NCBI RefSeq assembly: GCF_009914755.1
Contig: NC_060948.1
Length of the DNA: 64,000 bases
Reading direction: 5' to 3' (one strand)
Source: the human T2T-CHM13v2.0 reference genome, Homo sapiens
The position numbers and the translations under genes were made by a program. Shown in pieces: positions 52,130 to 64,000 of the stretch. Under the pieces are notes generated by a model. The model saw only the letters and a list, made by a program, of their open reading frames with translations. It was not told the DNA's origin and searched no databases. Within the stretch, counting starts at the first letter, position 1, and every line of letters starts with the position of its first letter.

Positions 52130-52606
52130 TAATTTTTGTATTTATAGTAGAGATGGGGTTTCACCATGTTGAAAAGGCTGGTCTCGAACTCCAGACCTCA
52201 GGTGATCCACCCGCCTTGGCCTTGCAAAGTGCTGGGATTACAGGTGTAAGCCACTATTCCCAGCTAGTTTCTGTCTTACTTTCTTATGATGAAAGTTATT
52301 CTTTAGCTAGGGCCTTCCAGCTTCTCTAGGCCCTAGAAAGTATACATTTCCCTTAGTACCTAGGCTAATTGGAATGCCATAGTCATGATCATTATTTCAG
52401 GGTTACGGTACTGTATCTTATTTAATTATATCAGTGTATTTTCTGTTCTGTCAGCATTCTGCCTGTATTGTTTCTATTCTAAGCAAAGAGAATGAGCTTT
52501 TAGTAATATAACTTACAAAGAGCTATAATAATTAATTTTTAATTATTGCAGTACTTACCCTCTTAGTTTTTTTTTCTACATATTATTTTTCTGTCCTTTT
52601 TTATAG

Positions 52607-52792
52607 GTGTGGCAGAAAAAACACAGCTTCTGAAATTGAATGTACCTGCTACCTTTATGCTTGTGTCTTTAGACGAAGGACCAGGTCCTCCAATCAAATA
52701 TCAGTATGCTGAATTAGGCAAGTTATATTCAGTAGTGTCTCAGCTGATTCGTTGTTGCAATGTGTCATCAACAATGCAGTCTTCAATCAATG
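52607..52792 (+). CDS. USP9Y: USP9Y exon ([16 protein letters not shown]...QSSIN)
   Basis: ttatag| and |gtaaag; 186 nt. Confidence 0.95.
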
Positions 52793-53206
52793 GTAAAGTA
52801 GCATGTTCCATTTCTTTTACAGCAGTTTAAAAATAATGCTAGCTTTATGTAGCACTTGATAAAAAGTAGCTCTGAAGATTTATAAAAATGAAATTAGTCT
52901 GAAGGCCTATGTTCTAGAATATTATATTTCTTAAGTTTTAGCTTTTTCATATGTTTAATAGGGAGTTTATTTTTTAAATGTAGGATACTGTGATATCTTA
53001 TGAAATGCTTAGTGTAAAAATGATAAACTTTGTCTTTAGTGTCAGCATTTATATTTTGCATTTTATCATCTTGGTATATACCTGACCATTTAGGTGAATT
53101 TTTAATTTAATTTAAAATCAGATTGTATTTTTTAAGTTAAGAAGTTTATTATTATAATTTTGTGAGGAATTCTATTGGTTTTTCATTGATAACAAATCTG
53201 TTCTAG

Positions 53207-53427
53207 GTAATCCCCCTCTCCCCAATCCTTTCGGTGACCTTAATTTATCACAGCCTATAATGCCAATTCAGCAGAATGTGTTAGACATTTTATTTGTGAG
53301 AACAAGTTATGTGAAGAAAATTATTGAAGACTGCAGTAACTCAGAGGATACCATCAAATTACTTCGCTTTTGCTCTTGGGAGAATCCTCAGTTCTCATCT
53401 ACTGTCCTCAGCGAACTTCTCTGGCAG
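53207..53427 (+). CDS. USP9Y: USP9Y exon ([13 protein letters not shown]...LSELLWQ)
   Basis: ttctag| and |gtgaaa; 221 nt. Confidence 0.95.
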
Positions 53428-53512
53428 GTGAAAGAAAAATAAACATTTATATATCTGTAATTCTATTCATTTTTTAAAAATACATAATTCACTATCTCTT
53501 ACCTATTTGTAG

Positions 53513-53601
53513 GTTGCATATTCATATACCTATGAACTTCGGCCATATTTAGATCTACTTTTCCAAATTTTACTGATTGAGGACTCCTGGCAGACTCACA
53601 G
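53513..53601 (+). CDS. USP9Y: USP9Y exon ([29 protein letters not shown])
   Basis: ttgtag| and |gtgaat; 89 nt, after an 85-nt intron. Confidence 0.94.
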
Positions 53602-53758
53602 GTGAATACCCTTTTGCCACCAGAATAATTAGAATTTCCCAAGTTCTTGAAATGACTGGAATTGTCATTTGCCATACACATTTTTTATCTTTGATACTCC
53701 GCTTAATGTTGTCTTTAAAAACATATGAAGAAAAATTGCCACTTACTTGCATTCTTTT

Positions 53759-56700
53759 TTTTTTTAATTATACTTTCAGTTCTAGGGTACATCTGCACAA
53801 CATGCAGGTTTGATACATAGGTATACATGTGCCATGTTGGTTTACTGCACCCATCAACTTGACACTTACATTAGCTATTTCTCCTAATGCTATTCCACCC
53901 CCGCCCCCACCCCCCGACAGGCCCTGGTGTGTGATGTTCCCCGCCCTGTGTCCAAGTGATCTCATTGCTCAATTCCCACTTATGAGTGAGAACATGCAGT
54001 GTTTGGTTTTTTGTCCTTGTGACAGTCTCCTCAGAATGATAGTTTCCAGCTTCATCCATGTGCCTGCAAAGGACATGAACTCATACTTTTTTATGGCTTC
54101 ACAATATTCCATGGTGTGTATGTGCCACATTTTCTTTATCCAGCCTGTCATTGATGGATACTTGGGTTGGTTCCAAGTCTTTGCTCTTGTGAATAGTGCC
54201 TCAGTAAACAAACATGTGCATGTGTCTTTATAGTAGCATGATTTATAATCCTTTGGGTATATACGCAGTAATGGGATCAGTTGGTCAAATGGTATTTCTA
54301 GTTCTAGATCCTTGAGGAATTGCCACAGTCTTCTACAATGGTTGAACTAATTTACACTCTCAACAACAGTGTAAAACCGTTCCTATTCCTCCACAACCTC
54401 ACCAGCATCTGTTGTTTATTGACATTTTAAGAATCACCATTCTGACTGGTGTGAGATGGTATCTCATTGTGGTTTTGATTTACATTTCTCTAATCATCAG
54501 CTTTTTTCCATGTGTCTGTTGCCTGCATAGATGTCTTCTTTTGAGAAGTGTTGTTCATATCTTTTGCCCACTTCTTGATGGGGTTATTTGTTTTTTTTTC
54601 TTGTAAATTTCTTTGAGTTCTTTGTAGATTCTGGATATTAGGCCTTTGTCAGATGGGTAGATTGCAAAAATTTTCTCCCATTCTGTAGGTTGCCTGTTCA
54701 CTATGATGGTAGTTTCTTTTGCCATGTAGAAGCTCTTTACTTTACATTTGTCTATTTTGGCTTTTGTTGCCATTGCTTTTGATGTTTTAGTCGTGAAGAC
54801 CTTGCCCATCCTATCTCCTGAATGGTATTGCCTAGGTTTTCTTCTAGGGTTTTCATGGTTTTAGGTCTAACATTTAAGTCTTTAATCCATCTTGAATTAA
54901 TCTTTGTATAAGGTGTAAGGAAGGGATCCAGTTTCAGCTTTCTACATATGGCTAGCCAGTTTTCCCAGCACCACTTATTAAATAGGGAATCCTTCCCCCA
55001 TTGCTTGTTTTTCTCAGGTTTGTCAAAGATCAGATAGTTGTAGAAGTGTGGGGTTATTTCTGAGGCCTCTATTCTGTTCCATTGGTCTATATATCTGTTT
55101 TGGTACCAGTACCATGCTGTTTTGGTTACTGTAGCCTTGTAGTATACTTTGAAGTCAAGTAACGTGATGCCTCCAGCTTTGTTCTTTTGGCTTAGGATTG
55201 TCTTGGCAATGCAGGCTCTTCTTTGGTTCCATACTAACTTTGAAGTAGTTTTTTCCAATTCTGTGAAGAAAGTTATTGGTAGCCTGATGGGGATGGCATT
55301 GAATCTATAGATAACCTTGGGCAGTATGGCCATTTACATGATATTGATTCTTCCTATCCATGAGCATGGAATGTTCTTCCATTTGTTTGTGTCCTCTTTT
55401 ATTTCATTGAGCAGTGGTTTGTAGTTCTCCTTGAAGAGGTCCTTCACATCCCTTGTAAGTTGTATTCCTATGTATTTTATTGTTTGAAGTGATTGTGAAT
55501 GGGAATTCATTCATGATTTGGCTCTCTGTTATTGGTGTATAGGAATGCTTGTGATTTTTGGCACATTGATTTTTTATGCTGAGACGTTGCTGAAGTTGCT
55601 TATCAGCTTGAGGTTTTGGGCTGAGACAATGGGGTTTTCTAAATATATAGTCATGTCATCTGCAAACAGGGACAATTTGACTTCCTCATTTCCTAATTGA
55701 ATATCCTTTATTTCTTTCTCTTTCCTGATTGCCCTGGCCAGAACGTCCAACACTATACTGAACAGGAATGGTGAGACAGGGCATCGCTGTGTTGTACCGG
55801 TTTTCAAAGGGAATGCTTCCAGTTTTTGCCCATTCAGTATGATATTGGCTGTGGGTTTGTTATAAATAGCTCTTATTTTGAAATACATTCCATCAATACC
55901 TAGTTTATTGAGAGTTTTTAGCATGAAGGGCTACTGAATTTTGTTGAAGGCCTTTTCTGCATCTATTGAGATAATCATGTGGTTTTTTTCATTGGTTTTG
56001 TTTATGTGATGGATTATGTTTATTGATTTGCATATGTTGAACCAAGCTTGCATCCCAGGGATGAAGCCCACCTGATCATGATGGATAAGCTTTTGGATGT
56101 GCTGCTGGATTTGGTTTGCCAGTATTTTCTTGAGGATTCCTGCATCAATGTTCACCAGGGATATTGGTCTAAAATTCTCTTTTTTTATTGTGACTCTGCC
56201 AGGCTTTGGTATCAGGATGATGCTGGCCTCGTAAAATGAATTAGGGAGGATTCCCTCTTTTTTCTGCTGATTGGAATAGTTTCAGAAGTAATGGTATCAG
56301 CTCCTCTTTGTACCACTGGTAGAATTCAGCTGTGAATCCATCTAGTTCTGGACTTGTTTTGGTTGGTAGGCTATTAATTAATGCCTCAATTTCAGAGCCT
56401 GTTATTGGTCTATTCAGGGATTCAACTTCTTCCTGGTTTAGTCTTGGGAGAGTGTAGGTGTCCAGGAATTTGTCCATTGCTTCTAGATTTTCTAATTTAT
56501 TTGCATAGAGGTGTTTATAGTATTCTCTGATGGTAGTTTTTATTTCTGTGGGATCAGTGGTGATATCCCTTTATCATTTTTTATTGCATCTATTTGATGT
56601 TTCTCTCTTGTCTTCTTTATTAGTCTTGCTAGTGATCTATTTATTTTGTTGATCTTTTCAAAAAACCAGCTCCTGGATTCATGACTTTTTTTTTTTTAAG

Positions 56701-59700
56701 GGTTTTTTGTGTCTCTATCTCTTTCAGTTCTGCTCTGATCTTAGTTATTTCTTGCCTTCTGCTAGCTTTTGAATGTGTTTTGAATGTGTTCTTGCCTTCT
56801 GCTAGCTTTTGAATGTGCTCTTGCTTCTCTAGTTCTTTTAATTGTGATGTTAGGGTGTTGATTTTAGAACTTTCCTGCTTTCTCTTGTGGGCATTTAGTG
56901 CTATAAATTTCCCTCTACACACTGCTTTAAATGTGTCCCAGAGATTCTGGTACATTGTGTCTTTGTTCTCATTGGTTTAAAAAACATCTTTATTTCTGCC
57001 TTCATTTCACTATGCAGTGGTCATTCAGGAGCAGGTTGTTCAGTTTCCATGTAGTTGTGCAGTTTTGAGTGAGTTTTCTTCATCCCGAGTTCTAATTTGA
57101 TTGCTCTGTGCTCTGAGAGATGGTTTGTTGTGATTTCTGTTCTTTTACATTTGCTGAGGAGTGCTTTACTTCCAACTATGTGGTCAATTTTAGAATAAGT
57201 GTGATGTGGTGCTGAGAAGAATGTATATTCTGTTGATTTGGGGTGGAGAGTTCTGTAGATGTCTACTAGGTCTGCTTGTTGCAGAACTGATTTCACGTCC
57301 TGGATATCTTTGTTAACCTGTCTCAATCTTTCTAATATTGACAGTGGAGAGTTAAAGTCTCCACTGTCACACAAAATAATAATTTTGTCTCCCATTATTA
57401 TTGTGTGGGAGTCTAAGTCTCTTTGTAGGTCTCTAAGGACTTGCTTTACAAATCTTGGTGCTCCTGTATTGGGTGCATATATATTTAGGATAGTTAGCTC
57501 TTCTTGTTGAATTGATCCCTTTACCATTATGTAGTGGCCTTCTTTGTTGGTTTAAACTCTTTTGATCTTTGTTGGTTTAAAGTCTGTTTTATCTGAGACG
57601 AGGATTGCAACCCCTGCTTTTCTTTTGCTTTCCATTTGCTTGGCAGATCTTCCTCCATCCCTTTATTTTGAACCTGTGTGTGTCTTTGCACATGAGATGG
57701 GTCTCCTGAATGCAGCACACCGATGGGTCTTGACTCTTTATCCAATTTGCTGGTCTGTGTCTTTTATTTGGGGCATTTAGCCCATTTACATTTAAGGTTA
57801 ATATTGTTATGTGTGGATTTGATCCTGTCATTATGATGTTAGCTGGTTATTTTGCCAGTTAACTGATGCAGTTTCTTCACAGCCTTGATGATCTTTACAA
57901 TTTGGCATGTTTTTGCAGTGGCTGATACCGCTTGTTCCTTTCCATGTTTAGTGCTTCCTTCAGGAGCTCTTGTAAGGCAGGCCTGGTGGTGACAAAATCT
58001 CTCAGCCTTTGCTTGTCTGTAAAGGATTTTATTTCTCCTTCACTTATGAAGCTTAGTTTGTCTGGATATGAAATTCTGGGTTGAAAATTCTTTTCTTTAA
58101 GAACATTGAATACTGGCCCCACTCTCTTCTGGCTTGTAGGGTTTCTGCTGAGAAAGCCATTGTTGTTAGTCTGATGGGCTTCCCTTTGTGGTTAACTCGA
58201 CCTTTCTCTCTGGCTTCCCTTAACATTTTTTCCTTCATTTTACCCTTGGTGAATCTGACAATTATGTTCTTGGGGTTGCTGTTCTTGAGGAGTATCTTTG
58301 TGGTGTTCTCTGTATTTCCTGAATTTGAATGTTGGCTGGACTTGCTCGGTTGGCAAAGTTCTCCTGGATAATATCCTGTAGAGTGTTTTACAACTTGGTT
58401 CCATTCTCCCCATCACTTTCAGGTACACCAATCAAACGTAGATTTGGTCTTTTCACATAGTCCCATATTTCTTGGAGGCATTGTTTGTTTCTTTTTACTC
58501 TTTTTTCTCTAAACTTTTCTTCTTGTTTTATTTCTTTCATTTGATCTTCAGTCACGGATACTCTTTCTTCCACTTGATCCAAGTGGCTATTCAAGCTTGT
58601 GCACGTGTCCCAAAGTTCTCGTGCCATGGTTTTCAGCTTCATTAGTTCATTTAAGGTTTTCACTGTTTATTCTAGTTAGCCATTCGTCTAACCTTTTTTC
58701 AAGGTTTTTAGCTTCCTTGCGATGGTTTCGAACATGCTCCCTTAGCTCGGAGTAGTTTGTTATTACCAACCTTCTGAAGCCTACCTCTGTCAACTCATCA
58801 AAGTCATTCTCTGTCCAACTTTGTTCCGTTGCTGGCGAGGAGTTGCAATCCTTTGGAGGAGAAGAGGCGCTCTGATTTTTAGAGTGTTCAGCTTTTCTGC
58901 TCTGGTTACTCCCCATCTTTGTGGTTTTATCTACCTTTGGTCTCTGATGTTAGTGACCTACAGATGGGGTGTTGGTGTTGGATGTCCTTTTTGTTGATGT
59001 TGATGCTATTCCTTTCTGTTATTATTTTCCTTCTAACAGTCAGGTCCCTCAGCTGCAGGTCAGTTGGACTTTGCTGGAGGTCCCTCCAGACGCTGTTTGC
59101 CTGGGTATCGCCAGTGGAAGCTGCAGAATTGCAAATATTGCAGAACAGCAAATATTGCTGCCTGATCCTTCCTCTGGAAGCTTCATCCCAGAGGGGCACC
59201 CGCCTATATGAGGTGTCTGTTGGCCCCTACTAGGAGGTGTCTCCCAGTTAGGCTACCTGGCGGTCAGGGACCCACTTGAGGAGGCAAACTGTCCATTCTC
59301 AGAGCTCAAACACTGTGTTGGTAGAACCACAGCTCTCTTCAGAGCTGTCAGACAGGGATGTTTAAGTCTGCAGAAGTTATCTGCTGCCTTGTGTTCAGCT
59401 AAGCCCTGCCCGCAGAGGTGGAGTCTAGAGGCAGCAGACCTTGCTGAGCTGCGGTGGGCGGAAGCAGTTCAGGCTTCCCAGCTGCTTTGTTTACCTACTC
59501 AAGCCTCAGCAATGGTGGATGCCCATTCCCCAGCCAGGCTGCTGCCTTGCAGTTCGATCTCAGACTGCTGCACTAGCAGTGAGCAAGGCTCTGTGGATGT
59601 GGGACCCACCGAGCCAGGCATGGGAGAGAATCTCCTTGTCTGCTGGTTGCTAAGACCTTGAGAAGAGCGCAGTATTTGGGCGGAAGTATCCCTTTTTTCC

Positions 59701-59938
59701 AGGTACAGTCTGTCACAGCTTCCCTTGGCTAAGAAAGGGAAATCCCTGGACACCTTGAGCTTCCCAGGTGAGGTGACGCCCTGCCCTTCTTCGGATCACC
59801 CTCCGTGGGCTGCACCCACTCTCCAACCAGTCCCAGTGAGATGAACCAGGTACTTAAGTTGGAAATGTAGAAATCACCCATCTTCTGCATCAATCACAGT
59901 GGGAGCTGCAGACCAGAGCTGTTCCTATTTCTCCATCA
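53759..59938 (-). mobile_element. Full-length inactive LINE-1 (L1PA6-like): 5' UTR about 58917-59938, ORF1 remnant 57895-58916, ORF2 remnant about 54000-57831
   Basis: ORF1 (MGSNQSRK...YQPLQKHAKL) and ORF2 (MTGSNPHITILTLNVNGLN, FADD) fragments with many frameshifts; T tail at the left; TSD CATTCTTTT at 53750-53758 and 59939-59947. Confidence 0.95.
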
Positions 59939-60656
59939 CATTCTTTTCTCTTAATGTTCCACTTTCATCCTTAATATTAGGTTTTGTCTTCCATTTACTG
60001 TTTTTATTTTTTTAAGGAACCCAGTAAGGCTTTTGATACCTCCTTAAGTTCTGTTAATATTTTAGGATTATGATGTACTTTTTCTAGAATTAGTTACAAT
60101 AGGTAACACTTAATCCATCGCCTCTAAGTAGTTGTATTAGTATATAAGAAATCGGAGTGGTAATTTTTCAGAACTGAGATTATGCTACTAACAGGTCTAT
60201 AAACATACCCCTAGAATTCTCAATTGTGTTCTCTTCAGTAAAATCAGTCTAAGAATTATACTGTAGAATTAGTTGCCTAATTCTGCCTGAAAATTCTAAC
60301 TTTTCTCCTCGTGAGAATTTTAATATAGCTTGTTTTAGGAACACACACAAACATACACACACACAGAAACACACCTATTAGACATAATAATAAGCAAAAG
60401 AACCCGAAAACAAATGTATTATAAAGCTGCAGAACACAGTGCTTAAAGGTAAATCATTGTAATCTTGAATTTTAGAGAACCGAAAATATTAGATTTCAAC
60501 AATTAAAATTCTCAAGTTGTGATTCAGTCCAGCATCAAGCAGATCAAATAATGTAAAAGTGGCATTAGATGGGTAATGTTTTATATTAGATCTCATTTGT
60601 TTTAATGGGTTCCAATTTTTATTTAAAATTTTTACTGTGTTTGAAAGAATTTTTAG

Positions 60657-60896
<240 letters not shown>

Positions 60897-61582
60897 TGAT
60901 CTCCTGACCTCGTGATCCACCTGCCTGGGCATCCCATAGTGTTGGAATTACATGCATGAGCCACTGCACCCAGCCAGCTATGTACATCTTGTAGTTACTA
61001 TAAGGCTAAATCACATTTTTAGCCTTCTTATCTTATCCAAGGAAGTGATTTTAGTAAAGGTACACATGTTGGATTAATGTGGAAAATAGTAGACTTTTGT
61101 ACAAAATTAATATTGTCCTTACAAACATAAGCTTGAAGTGTTTTGTATAATGAACATTGAGTTTATTCAGTAAACAGTATTCAACAGATATATATATCAA
61201 CATCTGCTGTGTGCCAAGCAGTGTTATTATCACTTCATTATAAACTGTAAGAGAATAAGAAAATGGAATATGATACATCACAAGTGTTGCAGGAAGCATA
61301 TCCATGTTATTTTTTGTCTGAAATGATTAGATTTCAAAAGTTGCCCTTTCCAAACAAAAGTTGTATTATAAATGTCTCTGAAGCTAACAAAAAAAACCTA
61401 ACATCTGACCTGGAATATAAAAATACTTTGTTAAGTAAGATACATGGTATAGAGAAAAGAAATTTCAAGTTATTTTTCTGTGTAGGTAATGACACAAAAG
61501 AAAGAAAGCATATATTTGTTTGTAACTTTTTTTTGAGACAGAGTTTTGCTCTTGTTGCCCAGGCTGGATTGCAGTGGGGTGA

Positions 61583-61801
<219 letters not shown>

Positions 61802-62041
61802 TAAATTGACTATTAAGGAGAAACAGGGAAGAGTTGGCTATGTAAATATGTTGCAGTTAGGCAGTCCTGAAATAAAATAATTGATCATTAGCAAATCAGG
61901 CAGATTTTATCATTGTCAGTGAAAATTGCTTTATGCGTCATGTATGTGTTTTCACAGTATCAGAATTCAAGTTAATTTTATACTGCCAATTTATATCATT
62001 GTTCCATAATCAGTAAGTTTTTTTCAACTAAAGAAGTCTTA

Positions 62042-62221
<180 letters not shown>

Positions 62222-62314
62222 CTATCTCTTAAAAAAAAAAGAAAGAAAGAAAGGAAAAGAAATATGAAAAATTATGTGGCATCATTGTCCTTAATTTGCT
62301 CTTAGTAATTTTTG

Positions 62315-62384
62315 TGAGCAGCTGGTTAGCAATCTAAGTGAGATTCCTATGTCTGACTAAGTCAGATTGCTAACCAGCTGCTCA
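62315..62384. repeat. Perfect 21-bp inverted repeat with 28-nt spacer
   Basis: TGAGCAGCTGGTTAGCAATCT / AGATTGCTAACCAGCTGCTCA. Confidence 0.93.
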
Positions 62385-62613
62385 AGTTGCCAGATCTGTA
62401 ATATTTGGCAAGCTATTTGTGCTGTCTGTACTTGTTTTCTCATTTGTTAAAATGTTCCTAATTTTAATTTGTTCCTACCTACTTAGGAAAGTAACTCTAA
62501 TGTTAATTAGATTATATGATTACATCAAAAAAGTACTAAATGGCACATAATTAGGAACTCAAATGTTAGCTACTATTGGATATTACAAAGTTTTACATCT
62601 GCTTCTGTTTTAG

Positions 62614-62770
62614 AATTCATAATGCACTTAAAGGAATTCCAGATGACAGAGATGGGCTGTTCGATACAATACAGCGCTCGAAGAATCACTATCAAAAACG
62701 AGCATATCAGTGCATAAAATGTATGGTAGCTCTATTTAGCAGTTGTCCTGTTGCTTACCAGATCTTACAG
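62614..62770 (+). CDS. USP9Y: USP9Y exon ([16 protein letters not shown]...AYQILQ)
   Basis: ttttag| and |gtgagg; 157 nt. Confidence 0.95.
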
Positions 62771-62906
62771 GTGAGGGTTTTTCTCTTATAAATTTGTAGA
62801 AACCTCTGTCACAAGTAAGGAAATGATCGTGAAATTTTTGTATTAGCATTTTAAGCTGATACTGAAAATCATTCTAAATTCTAAATAGTTTTATTTTTTT
62901 CTAAAG

Positions 62907-63119
62907 GGTAACGGAGATCTTAAAAGAAAATGGACCTGGGCAGTGGAATGGCTAGGAGATGAACTTGAAAGAAGACCATATACTGGCAATCCTCAGTATA
63001 GTTACAACAATTGGTCTCCTCCAGTACAAAGCAATGAAACAGCAAATGGTTATTTCTTAGAAAGATCACATAGTGCTAGGATGACACTTGCAAAAGCTTG
63101 TGAACTCTGTCCAGAAGAG
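62907..63119 (+). CDS. USP9Y: USP9Y exon ([15 protein letters not shown]...CELCPEE)
   Basis: ctaaag| and |gtaaaa; 213 nt. Confidence 0.93.
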
Positions 63120-63281
63120 GTAAAAAAAAAAAAGGCTACCAATGGACAGCAGATGGAAATGGGAAAAAGAAAAGTATTTTTTTAATGTGTAGGCCCATGT
63201 TTATTAATATTGTGCTTAAAAAAATCATGTGCAGTTTTGTTTGCTTTAGTGGTTAGCTTGATTTGTTTGATCTTAAGTTAA

Positions 63282-63653
<372 letters not shown>

Positions 63654-63839
63654 TAAGCATGAGCCACTGCACCCGGCCTGTTTTCTTATATTTTAAATTA
63701 TTTGCAGTAAATGCAAAGATGTTAAAGAGGCCAGCTTTGTGCATTTTTTAAAAGTTTATTCTAAATGAAGGAAATTAAATATAAATTTGAAGTTACTTTT
63801 ATAATCTAATGCTTAATCTCTTTAAATATTTAAAATTAG

Positions 63840-63935
63840 GAGCCAGATGACCAGGATGCCCCAGATGAGCATGAGCCCTCTCCATCAGAAGATGCCCCAT
63901 TATATCCTCATTCACCTGCCTCTCAGTATCAACAG
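63840..63935 (+). CDS. USP9Y: USP9Y penultimate exon ([32 protein letters not shown])
   Basis: aattag| and |gtaaaa; 96 nt. Confidence 0.94.
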
Positions 63936-64000
63936 GTAAAAAGGATTTTTCATTTTTATCCCCCAAACCCATTTTGATGCTTTACTTAAAAGGTCTTCAA

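Noticed and set aside
53969-58916. Reverse transcriptase and endonuclease ORF pieces as a novel RT system or active L1
   Set aside because: Ordinary L1 ORF1/ORF2 broken by many frameshifts and stops.

Overview
Human Y-chromosome DNA from the AZFa region: the 3' part of USP9Y (deubiquitinase, + strand). I resolved 18 consecutive GT-AG coding exons (16458-63935) that splice in phase into about 1,182 codons, including the whole USP catalytic domain (Cys box, zinc ligands, His box). The gene start and last exon lie outside the window. The large intron at 1-16457 holds old L1, a stack of ERV LTRs (MER41B, MER41A, MER4E-, LTR9/MER61-, MER21-, LTR17- and LTR15-like) and an antisense CDY-family pseudogene, probably CDY4P. 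A full-length, dead L1PA lies antisense at 53759-59938, and there are about 30 Alus. Recognisable Y markers (DYS438, Tat, M174, M172) are present. I see no evidence for a wholly new biological system. The best leads are: an Alu target-site duplication that copied a USP9Y splice donor; a decayed local copy of an intron/exon junction; an in-frame USP9X-like alternative donor extension; a CDY pseudogene intermediate between CDYL and CDY; the L1 antisense promoter facing the last exons; and two perfect >20 bp hairpins. Repeat subfamily names, exon numbers and SNP names come from memory of consensus or primer sequences and need database confirmation.
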